Of a DNA stretch of 64,000 nt, positions 37,541-50,929 are shown one piece after another (the stretch's first letter is position 1; each line of letters starts with the position of its first letter). The stretch is from Gonapodya sp. JEL0774 (taxonomy: Eukaryota), in NCBI GenBank assembly GCA_027604505.1, contig JADIIX010000028.1:62001-126000 (forward strand), given 5' to 3'. The notes beneath the pieces were generated by a model. That model did no database searches. It worked only from the letters and a program-made list of their open reading frames with translations, and had not been told where the DNA came from. The position numbers and the translations under genes were made by a program.

Positions 37541-37662
37541 GTATTATTCAGGCGGCAGAGGAAGGGGAAGAGAAGAGACAAGACTGAGTGCAAGCAGGGT
37601 TTCAGACCACAGTCATGACGTTCAGCCGGTCCTTTCGACACCGCAGTTGCCAACCAACAATT

Positions 37663-39215
37663 ATGAACTTGTCCGACTTGCCAGATGAGCTGCTCTCGTA
37701 TCTTTGCAGGTAGTTAGGCACGTCGGTGATTCTTCTTGAAGTCACTAACTAGCTTACGACTCCGTAAATCGTTCAGTGCTGCGGTCCCTGTCGATTCACT
37801 TCGACCTCTATCTTGCACTTCCCGCCGGTTTCGAGACCTCCTTTCGAATCCTGAATCAGCTTTGTGGTCAGCTGTATGCAGGCGACTTGGTCGATCGGTG
37901 TGGAAAACTCCTTCGATGAACTGGCGAGGCATTGCTTTATCACGCATGGATCAAACATGTCCCCACCTTCCTCGCGTCCTCGATGATGAATCCGTGCAAT
38001 TTATGAAACAAACAATTCAAACTCTATACTCTGACCCTCAACTCGCGATGGATTCCTGGGCATGTATGGAGGGGGGCTGCAGTTGGAAGTACCCTGACCT
38101 GTGGGTCTGTTTAGATTGTGGGAGTGTCGGATGCGGAAGAAACAAAGCCAAACATGCCCTCAAGCATGCGAGAGATCATAGACATCCACTAGCTATGAAG
38201 CTGTCGAGCTGGGAGGTAGGAGGTTCACACTTTGTGTAGGACTTTCTCGACATTCCAAGAATACTGACATGATCCCTCCCGCCCGCTGTCCAGCTGTGGT
38301 GTTACGCTTGTGACCCTCGATCTACGGAAGGGAAAGATAGGTTCTTCGAAGTGTCGCCTGAAACCCCTCTCCGCTCCATGACAAAGGGAAAGGTGAACTG
38401 CTGACGAATCTGTGTTTCAGCAAGAGAAGCTAACACCACACCATTACCTCACTTTGTCTACAGTGGCTTGCATATCCATGTGGTGATCTCGTCGAACGTT
38501 TTGCCGTTGAATGGCTCATCAAAAGATTCTCGGACGTTGTAGCGGCATCAGTTGTAAGTGTTCGGATCGCACCTGCTCCCCTGTGTCACCCTGTTCACAT
38601 ACTACATTCGAAGCCCCCCATAAATATCAATCCCCGCCGTTCCATCGAGCGCCCCCTCTCGGAGCTCAAGCGAAATCAGGAGCTTTGGCTCGTTAGCCCA
38701 CAGTGGTATGAACGATGGACGAGGTTCGTCGTCGGAGATACGTCAGAACCTCCTGGTGGTATCAGATTGGACGGGCTCTATGTCAGGAGCGATGGGGGTG
38801 GAGGGTGGATATTGGACCCCAACGCTACCGAATGGGATGTGTGAGTGGTTCATCCAGCGTACCGTGCGATTCCCTCCATATCTCATACTTGTGCTGGCTC
38901 TGCTGACCTGCTGGCCACATAAGCTGGTTCTTGCCTGCCTCTTCAATGCCTTACATCCTCGAGCACTATCCACCGGCAGATCCCGAACGTCCACCCATCC
39001 CCGAGCGCGACATCCCCACAACCCCGACTTTTGCATGGCTCCGGTCTATGATTTTTAGTGTGAGGAGGCAACTTAGCTTACAGGATAACGACGCGGTGGG
39101 GGCAGATCTCGGGCAGCAGGCGGGCCAACAAGAGCCGAATGATGATGATGAAGAGGACGAAGATGAAGATGAAGACGCAGAAGATTCAGGGAGCGAATCA
39201 GATCTCAGTGATTGA
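37663..39215 (+). CDS. F-box + ZnF-UBP + DUSP-like domain protein with acidic tail, multi-exon
   Basis: F-box: MNLSDLPDELLSYLC|...LSCTSRRFRDLL...LW. ZnF-UBP: CPHL...LWVCLDCGSVGCGRNKAKHALKHARDHRHPL...LWCYAC. DUSP-like: LWLVSPQWYERWTRFVVGDTSEPPGGI. Confidence 0.78.
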
Positions 39216-39448
39216 TTCACGGGCGAGAATTCCACATGTTTGGAACTGTTTGGTGTTAGGAGGGTGTTGGATGTGGTATTCACGGAGTGGTCATCCCATT
39301 AATATCGGATAATTGACGCGTCTTGATGCAAGTTTGCATTATTATTGTGAACCGACCTTTCTCGACCGTGGTGAATAAAGTTCGGCTTGACCGGTTCCGA
39401 AAGCCCAGTCTCCCAGCACACCAGATTCCGGTAACGACAGAAGCTACC

Positions 39449-42400
39449 ATGAAGGTTCACTTCGTCGGAAAACGTCCGCCTACTGAGTCAGGCGCGCCCA
39501 ATCCTCCAACGGCCGCTTCGTCTGCGCGGTACCGGATGTCTGTCTTCGCGTCGCATTTGTCTCCGGTATCGGCATCAAAAGAGGACGCGAGAGCCGCACA
39601 AACGGAAGCTGAGGACAAAAGGCCAGGCATTCTTATTGCAAATCGAGGGGAGATTGCGATCAGGTGAGTTGCAGAGGACGCTGGATGCTGGGAGGTGATA
39701 ATTCTGGGTGTGGAAATCGGAGTGAAAGCACTGTCATTCATGATTGACCTTACACATTCCCAGAATCGCGGACGCCGCTTCCTCGCTAGGTTTTCGCACA
39801 ATTTCGATCTTCTCCAAAGACGACGATCGTTCCCTCCACACCAAAAAGACGGACGTCTCCGTTGCCCTACCGGCCTCCGGACCTGCCGCATACCTCGATG
39901 TAGACTCGCTCATTCGCGTTGCCAAAGAGTCCAACGCGGTTGCAATCCACCCGGGGTACGGATTTGTCGCCGAAAGTGAGGACTTTGCGCGTCGGTGCGC
40001 AGAAAGTGGGTTGGTGTTTGTGGGTCCCGCACCTGAAGTGCTCGAGGTGTTTGGAGACAAAGCAAAGGCGCGTACCGTTGCTCAGAAGAGGTGAGCTGTG
40101 TACCATACTCTGCGCTAGGTGCTAATCATTTAGTTGACCTGACCGTCCACCGTTCAGTAAAACCCCAACTGTCCCAGGGACACTCCGCGCAACTTCGCTT
40201 GCGGAAGCGGAAAGCTTTGCGAGAACAATATTTGTGTCTCCAGAATTCAAGTCGGGAGTGTTTGGTGGAGTGATAGTGAAGGCATTGTTCGGTGGAGGGG
40301 TGAGTGGCGCAGGGTACCCGGTAACCCATGGTCTAAACACACTTCGGTTTGCGCGTAATTATGTAATCACTACTCTGATATCGTTATAGGGACGTGGTAT
40401 GAGGGTTGTTTCGTCACTGGACCAACTTCCCGACGCTTTTGCGAGGTGCAAGGGCGAAGCCAAGTCAGCTTTCGGACGTGACGAAGTCTAGTGAGTTTCG
40501 TGTTTCCATCCATTTGAGAAAAGCTGAATTTTACATTGTATGATTGACAGCGTTGAAGCACTACTGGCGAAAGCCCGACAGTGAGTCGTTGGTGTTCGTT
40601 TTTTGGTGAAGAATAAGATGTATTTTATACCGCTCCCTCATTATAGCATCGAAGTTCAAATCGTCTCGCCGCGCAACCCCACTCCAGAAAATCCTCCATT
40701 GTATCTTCATACGCGTGATTGTACGCTCCAACGGCGCCACCAGAAAGTGGTGGAGATCGCCCCAGCCCCCAAGCTCCACCCAGAGATCACTCGAAAGCTT
40801 GGAGAAGCGAGCGTGCGGATGGCACTGGAAGTGGGATATTCGGGACTCGGCACGTGGGAGTTCCTCGTCGTTGGTGGAGAAAAGGCGGACGCAGCATGGT
40901 TTTTCATCGAAGCGAATCCGAGAGTGCAAGTCGGTGGGTTTTGGAGAGCAAATCATCTCATAGGCGTATTGCAACACAACCTTAAACCTTGGTCTAGAGC
41001 ACACTGTCACTGAGGAGATCCTTGGGGTTGACCTCGTTGCTGCGCAAATTGAGATTGCCCTCCACAATAAAAGATTGGCAGATACTGTACTTGGGTTCGG
41101 ATTGCAGCAACACGTACCACAACCACAAGGATGGGCCGTGCAGCTCAGGGTGAACGTGAGTTCCAAGCCCCAATCTTTTGAATTAATTTTCATTTAATCA
41201 TAGTGTGGCTACATTGGTGTCCATAGATGGAAAAGGTTGAAGAGATTCAAGGTTCTCAAACTTGGGTGTCGACTTCAGGAGGTAGGATGTCTTAGCCCTG
41301 CATCACGGTAATCTCGCGTCTTTCATACATCAGGGCCTGCATGCAGGGGTCGTGTCCGCATTCGAACCCCCATCTGGACGTGGAATTCGCGTTGACCACT
41401 GCGGCTACCCAGGATATCAAACGAATGCGAACTTCGACCCTCTACTCGCAAAAGTCATCGTGTCCTCCCCTCGTGGCACCCTCTTTGACGTCTTCCGCCG
41501 ATGTGGCCGTGCCCTTGATGAGTTCAAGATCACTGGTGTTGAAACCACAATCTCGTTTTTGCAGGCAGTGCTTGTGGAGACCGACGTTGTGCAGATGGGT
41601 GATTCCAAGTCGGGCAAAGTGGAGGTCTACACTCGATGGATTGACGATCGGCTGAACACTCTCTCTGCAAAAGCTGGTTGGGGAGAAAGTTCTGCAACAT
41701 CTTCAGGAAGCAGTCGCAAAGCTCTCTTCTTCGCTGCAGATCAAGCTGTCTCTTCACTTGCACCCACAGCCCAGGCGGTGCATATTCAAGGACCACCGGG
41801 GACGGTCCCCGTTGTCGCTCCGATGCAATCCACCATTGTCTCTGTTGATGTAAAGGTCGGGGACTACGTCAAGAAGGGCCAACAAGTAGCCGTTCTGAAC
41901 GCGATGAAGATGGAGCACGTGGCGTTTGCTGATAGTGCCGGTATTGTGAGGTGCGAACTCAAACTTTGTGCGTCAAAGCTTTCGGGGCCTTTCTCAAATG
42001 ACATCATTCTGTGCAATTGCTGTATTGACAATATAGGCTCATTGTTGGTGAACCAAACGTTACCCTTCCAAAGTCCGCACCAATTCTTTTCATAGAACCG
42101 GCCAGCACCAGCACAACGGATGAAACTTCAATTTCGGATGCTTCCACCGTGGATGTAGATCGTATTCGACCGGATCTAGCGGAAGCTATGCGACGTCATT
42201 TCTTGACTTCCGACGAGAGTAGACCAGAGGCAGTAGCCCGGCGGAGAAAATTGAACAAGAGGACAGCTCGCGAAAATGTTGGGGACTTGTGCGATGAAGG
42301 CACATTTTTCGAGTGGGGAGGCTTGGTTATAGCCGCGCAAAAAGCTCGGAGATCCATGGACGAACTAATAAAGCAGACGCCTGCGGACGGCATGATCGTG

Positions 42401-44816
42401 TGAGTACTGCTGATGTGTCGCGAACAATGCGCAGCTCACTTGTCAATTGCTGACTAGGGGAATCGGGCATGTGAATGGAAATTTATTCGATGAGTTGCGC
42501 TCGAGAGTTATGGTGTTCGCGTACGACTACACCGTGCTTGCTGGCACACAAGGAGTATTCAACCACAAGAGTAAGACAGTATAAGCCTGAATGCCTGATT
42601 ATTTAGAATATTCGTAATTCCGTGGTTGATCCTTTAGAGAAAGACCGCATGTTCCAACTGGCCTTTGAACATCGCTTACCCGTCGTATTTTACTGCGAAG
42701 GAGGTGGTGGGCGACCTGGCGACACAGAGGGCTTATCGAACAGTGGTGGACTTGATATTATGACGTTCAGACATGTAAGTGACTGCTGTTTCTGCCATAT
42801 ATCCCCGATCAAACTGATCTTGCTTTATAATTGCAGTTCGGGAAACTCTCAGGCCTCGTCCCCATGATTGGGATCACCACTGGATACTGCTTCGCCGGAA
42901 ATGCTGCATTGCTGGGCACTGTAAGTGTCCATTTTCGAATTGCCTATTCGAGAATTTTGCAAAACACAACCTTCCACAAACGTCAAATTCATCAGTGTGA
43001 CGTAATAATTGCGACGGAAGACTCGAACATCGGATTGGGAGGCCCCGCAATGATCGAAGGTGGTGGTCTGGGGGTTTTCAAACCAAAAGAAGTTGGCCCA
43101 GTTCAGGTTCAAAATTATAATGGGTGAGCAAAGTGTTCACAGTTATCATTGTGTAGTCACTTCGAGTAAACTGGAGTATTTTTCTTTTCGTGTTCTTTTC
43201 ATTTCGTACATTCCTTCCTTTGAAAGTGTCATCGGTGAGTTGTCAATGCAGTTATGCTTGAGCGAATACCCTTAATAAAACCGCTTGCGATTCTTTCAGA
43301 TGTCCTTGTTAAGGATGAGGTGGAAGCCACACGGGTCGCAAAGAAGTACTTGAGGTAGTTATTGTCCACGTTTATGCGCTGATCGGAGGGAATCTGTCCA
43401 TTTACGCAGTTTTCCTTCCTGTGTAGCTATTTCCAAGGCCCTATTCGAGAATGGCGATGCGCAGACCAGCGATTGCTCCGAGCCTCTATTCCCGAGAATC
43501 GTCTTCGGTCCTACGATGTTCGCCAAGTAATGCAACTGTTGTTCGACCAAGACAGCATTCTGGAGTTGAGAGCCCAGTGGGCGATTGGCATTATCACAGC
43601 TTTTGCTCGTGTGGAAGGTCGCGCAGTCGGTGTTATCGCTAACAATTGCACGCACCTGGGTGGGGCAATTGATGCGGAGGCTGGTGAGTTTTACCTTTCC
43701 TATTTGCTTTCGAATGTAGAAGATTGTGACTACAACTACGGGGTTATGCTCATGCAGGCGACAAGGCCGCTCGCTTCATGCAATTGTGCGACGCTTATGA
43801 CATCCCTATCGTCTCTCTCTGCGACACCCCAGGTTTTATGGTGGGGCCCGATCACGGTACGTGCCCAACAGATACTGCTCAATCTCTTACGAACGGTTCT
43901 TACGTTCCACTCCCTCAGAAAAAACTGCTATTGTTCGCCACGTTGCTCGGATGTTCGTGGTAGCCGGCTCTCTCACAATACCATTTTTCACAATTGTTCT
44001 GAGGAAAGGCTATGGTCTCGGAGCACAGGCTAGTGAGTATGTCTATCAGAGAGTAGCGAATACACAACACTTCGTCTTTGGTCAAAGCTATTGAATACCT
44101 CATCTCCCTTATTAGTGTGTGGTGGGAGCTTCCACGGTCCCATGTTCACCGTCTCTTGGCAAGTTTTGTGCGAGGTCTGTTGACCCATTACAGGTGAACT
44201 AACAAGAACACTTCCTTATTTCATCACGCTATACAGGCCGACAGGGTGAGTTGATTACCGTTCCCCTCCGCATGTAATATCACTTTTATCTAACGTAAAC
44301 TGTATCTGCTACACCTTTCGTTACTTAGAGAGTTCGGGTACGTCGGTCATTTCATTGCGTGAAGCCACCTAACTGACAAGATATCTCTGCCGGGTCAGTG
44401 GGATGGGTCTTGAAGGCGCTGTACGACTCGCATACCGAAATGAGCTCGCGGCTATCAAAGATCCGAAAGAACGCCTGGCGGCGGAGAACGCGGTGTGTTG
44501 CCGGTGTTACAAGGGACGGGTTTGGGGGCGTCCTTGTTGAATGTATTTCGACTCCATTACAGGCAATTGCGCAGTTGTACGAATCCGGCAAGGCGCTGAA
44601 AGCTGCAGAGTCACTTGATATCGACAATGTGATTGACCCAGCAGCGTCAAGGCGGTGGATCATGGCAGGTCTAAAAGCCAGCGTGGGCGGCAAAGTGAGG
44701 AAGCAGCCGTGTATCCACTTCGCGAATACCCAATTTGTTTGTTAAATTGAAATTTTTTTGTCTAGGGGTATGTTCCTGGTCAGTCAAAACGGAGACCGTG
44801 TGTTGATACATGGTAG
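39449..44816 (+). CDS. Single-chain biotin-dependent acyl-CoA carboxylase (BC-BCCP-CT; long-chain acyl-CoA carboxylase type), many introns
   Basis: BC: ILIANRGEIAIR, AIHPGYGF, RDCTLQRRHQK, FIEANPRVQ. Biotinyl lysine: NAMKMEH. CT: RTARENVGDLCD, DYTVLAGTQG, EGGGGRPGD, DTPGFMVG, WPTGEFGGMGLEG. Ends RRPCVDTW at TAG 44814-44816. Confidence 0.92.
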
Positions 44817-45397
44817 AATAGAAACTTAGAGACAGCTCCCGTTTAGTCAGCACAGCCTACGGCAGTTGTACCACAAAGTCCGTTGAGGATAAGACAAATA
44901 CATACATTAAAATTTTTGAGTTACTGCAGACCCGTAGTGTCCAAGTGCGGCCACTAGAAAGAGATTCATTACGGTACGATGATCTGTCACAGTTATTGTA
45001 CTTTATGTTATGGGCGCAAACCACTGGCGACCTTATGTAACATCTCTTGGACGTCATGATAAGCAACGCCACAATGAAACGACTCTTCTCAATATGAGGA
45101 ACTGCAAGGAGAGTCGATATCAGAGTGTCCGATGGCACATCACACGGCGCAAGCACCCACCTCACCAATCTCTTCAGAACTTCATCACAGCAAACAACCT
45201 TTCCGTAGTATGGAGCTCCATACGCTACTTCGGTGATTGTCGAATTCGTAATGGGCCAAACTATAGTAAGAGGATGCTTGAACCGTGCACCACCGCAGTT
45301 TCACTACCCTCCCAACTTGCCGAGAAGCGTGACTTTGCTTTCAACCACTGGCAACATATTAAACAAAGTCTCAAATTAATTGATCGCCATTCATTTG

Positions 45398-47768
45398 ATG
45401 AACTCACCCTCACGCTGCCAACGCGGTGTTCGTTCGGCCTCCCGATCGCAATCCCGAAATCATTCCCGGTGGGGCTCCTCCAACTCGGGCATCTCAGGAC
45501 CATTCAGACAGCAATGGTCCGCAGATACTCTCTCAGGGAGCGTTCCACCTAGTCGGGGAACAGTTGCGAGCTCGCTAGCCGGAAGGACATCAATGGACTC
45601 TAGTTTGGACGACTTCCATGGCGAGACTTACTCTCCAAACGGGAGTGGTTCTGGTGGAAGATCGGACAATGTTAGAGTGGTTGTACGGTAAGCGGATGCA
45701 TAGATTGGATGACCAATATCCCAGAAGCCTTGACTATTCTTTCATGTCGGAATTCAACGGACGGACAGCATACGACCACTTAACACAGTGGAGCAGGAGC
45801 GAGGTGACGCACTATCACTGAATGTCCTACCGGATCGACAAACACTTCAATTCACCGCTACTGGAGAACAAGCCGGGAGGTCCAAACCGCTTACATTCAA
45901 CGCCGTTTTCGACGATTCTTTACCACAAGAAGCCTTCTTTAGCAGTTCGGGTATCATGGATCTTGTTGACCGAGCGCTTGAAGGGTGAGTCTTCTTCCGC
46001 ACGGCGGCCAACCTGTCCTGAGACTCCGGGTCCTTCTACCACTACACAGATACTACACGACCGTCTTTGCCTACGGACAGACAGGTTCCGGGAAAACCTA
46101 CACAATGACAGGACCCGAAGGAAGTACCAAGGGCACAGCCAATCGGCAGGGCATTGTGCCTCGTGCACTATCGTACCTGTTCTCTCAAATAGCCTCCAGG
46201 CTACCTCCAGAAACGAACGGAATGGACGGAGCATCGAGTAGCTACGACGCAATCAGAATGAGCCAGCCAGCGACTTACACCGTTCGGGCTTCCTACTTGG
46301 AGATCTACAACGAAGTCGCTCACGATCTGCTCACTTCCTCCCTACAAACCCTACCGGTTCGATACAAACCAAACTTGGGGTTCTATGTGGAGAATCTTTT
46401 TATCGTGGAATGTGAAGTCCTTGATGATGCCATCGCGGTATTGGAAGAGGGATTGCGAAATCGAACGGTGGGCTCGCACAAAATGAACGAACGGTCGTCA
46501 AGATCGCATGCAGTTATGACGGTGCACGTGGACTCATACGACCCGACATTCGGCGTGACGAGGTCGGGGAAGATATCTTTTGTAGACTTAGCAGGTTCGG
46601 AGCGAGTCAGCGATACCGATTCCACAGGAACTACCTTCAATGAGGCCCTCAGTATCAACAAGAGTTTGTTGACACTTGGGAACTGCATAAGTGCTCTATC
46701 TGATCCCAAACGCAGAAAGAACGGGCATGTACCTTATCGTGATTCTAAACTGACGAAACTGCTCATGGACAGTTTGGGTGGAAATGGATTCGCTCTCATG
46801 GTGAGATGTAACCGACAACACAGACTGCACCTTGAGCAGCTATCAACGGTTCGCACTCTCGAATTTCCTAATACAGATAGCCTGCGTTTCTCCATCCTCG
46901 CAACAACTCACCGAAACGATAAAAACGCTGCGCTATGCTTCGCGGGCGAAACGAATTCGCAACCGCCCAGTCATTGTCATGGACCCTCGAGAAGAGCTGA
47001 TCCTCTGCCTTCGGAAACGCGTAGGAGAACTGGAAGAGGAGAACCGACACCTGAGAAACGCGGCGGGCTTCACAGAGGAGTCGGGTGGAGTCCGAGATGG
47101 TGGATTCTTGCCGCCATTACCCGGTCAAGCCACATCAAACCATGCGGACATTGAACAAGTGAGGGGTCTGCTGCAGCAATACATGGCGGAAAACGATAAC
47201 CTCAAGTGTGAGAATGTGGGTGGCGGTGCCGATGAGCTCATTTCATTTGCAACGAATTAAATTGATTCTTTCGAAACGTCTCAAGAATGAGCTTGTTACG
47301 TCTCGCATGCGCTCCGAATATTCTTTTGCCTCGCTCGCGAAAGATCACGATCGTTTAGGAACCCTTGTTGGAGAGTACGAGCGAATACTGAGTGCAAATG
47401 GACTCGGGCGCTTAGTCGTAAAACATGAAGGGGCTCATGTGAGAGCTTTGCTTGACGGGGGTGTAGGTGATTTTTCGGGGTTGGGGAGAGCGGAGGATCG
47501 TCGTTCGCAACTCAGCGCTGAACAGACTCCAAATGCCGCGAATGCGAGTCAGAGCCGAAATCTGCCATCAGGCAATCCCGTGACACCACAGACTCAACGG
47601 CTGGGTGCTCCGCGACCGGCGACCCAAGAGTCGGTGCTGAATGACAAACTGAAGCAGGAACTCATAGATCTTGACAGGAAGATCTCTACCGAAGCACAGG
47701 GTGTGAGCAAGTTGGGCTCTGGGGGACCCGCCGCGGGCAAAGCTAAGAAAGCCAAGGGAAAGTATTGA
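45398..47768 (+). CDS. Kinesin motor protein, KIF12/kinesin-16-like (start approximate)
   Basis: NVRVVVR, FAYGQTGSGKTYTM, SYLEIYNE, GFYVENL, SSRSH, FVDLAGSER, HVPYRDSKLTKLL, TLRYASRAKRIRNRP, followed by coiled coil. Confidence 0.92.
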
Positions 47769-48159
47769 ATTGTGACGTTGAAGCCGACTACTTTTTAGTG
47801 ATTTTACCTGCTGTTTGTCGCCTTTGAATATGTCGTTGAGTCATTGCATAGCCCCGAGCGGATGACATCGTGAAACTGGTTGTAATGAGGGCTGTCGGTT
47901 TTTAGCAGAAATATGATTAACGGCTCTTTATGTAAATCAGGCGATTTATTGGTGTGTTTGTATAATTAGAATAGTACGATACGAATCCTTCCAAATGTAT
48001 TATGACGAAAGCGATCCCACGCACTATATCGTACTTTGTATTCCGTTTTAGATAGAATGACAACGTACACGATACGATAGACAATCACAGTGCACCCAAC
48101 AAGGTTCTGTACGTTTCTACGTCCAATGTCAAACGTCGCTACACAATTACGACGAATTC

Positions 48160-49805
48160 TCACAAGTCCCGCCAGCCATTACCCCCGCTGTTAACTCCAG
48201 CGATCCTTTCCCTCTCATCGACAAGGTTCTCGTTCGCTCTGGCGATGTCCAGAGGCTTTGTAGGATCCTCTGGCGGCGGAATTGCCACAACTAACGGGAA
48301 CATGGGGGGCGCCACCGGAACTCCAGCGCCCGGTTGACTGTAAAAAGGATACATCGGGGCTGTACTAGGGGGATATGGAGGGTTGACGGACATGGGAGAA
48401 GGCGTGAGTGGGAGACCGGGGCCGGCAAGCCCGCCGGAGTTGAGGGCATTGTGCGCGCGTCCCCAAGATAGGCGGACGCGTGAACCCCCTGAATAAGCAT
48501 AAAGTATGACAGACACGTCACGTAACTATCGCGTGTACCAAGAAGAATGAGTACAGCTTACCAAGTAGGTATCCATTCATCGCGGTGATAGCTTGTTCTG
48601 CAGCTTGACGGTCAGCATATTGGACAAAGCCGCAGCCTTTACCAGGTGGAATTTTGGTATATGTGATGATGCCGTAAGGTCCGAAATGTCTGAGAAGGAT
48701 ATGAGAGTTAAAGTGAGTGTCGAGAGATCTGTTAGCCCCTTCATAGCAATCTACATTCTGCCAACTCACTGTCGAAGCTCTTCCTCCGTGACAGTCCCGC
48801 TCAGGCCTCCGACAAAAACAGTGGTATTATTTGGATCCGTGAACGGGTTATAGATTGAACTCTGCCCATACGAAGAATACTGCGGAGCAGGAACAGGTGG
48901 AGGGGCATAACTTCCTGACGGAGGGCCCCCAAACGAAGTGCCGGATGGTGTAGTCCCCGTACGCATCAAGTCCTTATTCTTGGGTGTGGCCATAGATATT
49001 CGCATGGCCCGTGACCCACAAAAAACGCCCTGCATCTCATTCAGTGCTCGCACTTGTTCGTTTTCGTCACGAAAGCGGACGAAGCCGTATCCACGGGATG
49101 CGTTGGTCATAGGATCCGTCACAACCTTAGCAGATTTTACGGATTCATAATGGGAGGAGAAGAGATTCTGTGGATGGTTTGAAGAAGGGCGAGGGATCAC
49201 CATGTGAATTGTTACGACAAACAGCACGTACAGGAGAGCTTACCATAAGCATATAATCGGTTACTTCTGGTGCCAAATCTCCAACAAATATGGAGTACTC
49301 AGGGCCCTGGTCCATCATCCTTGGTACGTTGTTCAGCCCGCTGCGGATGAAGCCGTAAATTCAACGGAAGAACATCACCGGGTGAGTCCGAGGTTGATGC
49401 TGTCAATACTAACCTTCTGTCCATTGCACCACCTCCAGAACCCCCTCCACTAGCCCAATTGAGTCTAAAGATTTTGTTGGCACCGGGTATCATTTGGTTT
49501 TGATATTTCACGAGTGCGGTCGCGGCTGATAAGTTATTGGAGAACTCAACAAAACAGTAGTTCGCAAAGCCGCTGGAAAAATGCCAGGAGTGCTGTGAAT
49601 GCACAATCAAGACACGATGCGCGAGACGACGACAGTTCAGTTGCACTCACCCGTTGAACTTGTCACGAATCATTTTGATTTGAACATTCTCACCCAAGCT
49701 ATACCACGCATTCCGAAGAAAGTTTTCGTCCATCCACGGTTCCAGCTCTCCCATCCACACTGACGTCCGCGTATCAGCTTGGCTTCCATAAGCATCCCAC
49801 GACAT
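48160..49805 (-). CDS. Triple-RRM RNA-binding protein, Nam8/Ngr1/Csx1 family
   Basis: SVWMGELEPWMDENFL, NYCFVEF, FRLNWASG, EYSIFVGDLAPEV, RGYGFVRF, TDPNNTTVFVGGL, KGCGFVQY, RVRLSWGR. Confidence 0.9.
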
Positions 49806-50929
49806 TGGATTGAGCGTTTGATTAAAATGTCAAGTCTGGATTGAGGATGGTGGGAAGCACGATTCTGAAAGGGAGGTCTGTTCACCGCTCTGTCAGCAGA
49901 GAAAGCAATCAAAAACTATTCTGTTTCATGTCAGGGGCGAGGTGGTTTCCACGCAATCACGAACAGGATTGTACGACATCACAATCACACTAGACGCAAA
50001 AAATAGCGACCCACATCAGACAATCCACAGATATGAGTGCCGTTGAGCTCTTTCACACTCCAAAGCCTTTTGTAATCAGTTCTAAAGCCCCGTATGGACC
50101 ACGTCTGCTGACCTTGCTCCTCTCAAAGCGCCAATGCCAAGGGCGGATTAGGTCGAGGCAGTACACGCACGGTGCAAGAGCGAAATTTAATGAAATTGCC
50201 ACGTCGATTCCGAAGCAGGAAGGTCTGATCGCGACGAGACAAGTGCTGGAAACCGATAAATGTGCTCCGCCACCCCAGTTCTTGCAACATGAGGTAAAGA
50301 TGTATTTGAAACGCCTGTGATAGATTATGTAACAAGGGCAAATCGATTCCATTTGCAAAAAGGATATCGTACTTTGTCTTCCCCTCACTCTAGCTTATTC
50401 CGCATGTGCGGGTCTTTCAAGAAGAAGCTCATAAATGCTTCACAACTCTGCGTGTCCAGTGATTTATTTCCTGAACTATGAAGCTCGTATCTACAGAGCA
50501 GGACCAAATTATTGGAAGGGCTGAGAGGTTCGAGACATCGAGTGACAACGAACTGAAACTCCAGCACCTGAACCTACACTTCAAGCTTTGCAATCGATTT
50601 TCTCCGAAAGGACTTTACCTCACAACCACTCTGACAATCAACGACAAATATTGGGTAACGGAGTAACATTTGCGTCTTTTGTAGGTCGTCGTTCTCTCTT
50701 CTTCCACGCAACATACTGAGTTCGAACCTCCACCAATAGGTTCAATCCAGCGATCCGGCTGTTCTGAGCCCGACATCACTGATTTTCTCCCCGTTTGGAA
50801 GGTTGTTGTCCGAGCTGTAAGGTGAGCCGCTTGAGTCGAGTTGTCCGATCTGAGTTGAAGAAACGTCACATCAACAATCTGAACGTTTTTGAGAACAGTA
50901 GGGTCAAATCAAGCCCATTACTTTCAAAA

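Noticed and set aside
48160..49805. RRM protein as SECp43/TRNAU1AP (Sec machinery) clustered with the selenoprotein
   Set aside because: It has three RRMs with the TDPNNTTVFVGGL signature of the ubiquitous Nam8/Ngr1 family, whereas SECp43 has two. It also lies about 11 kb away with unrelated genes in between.
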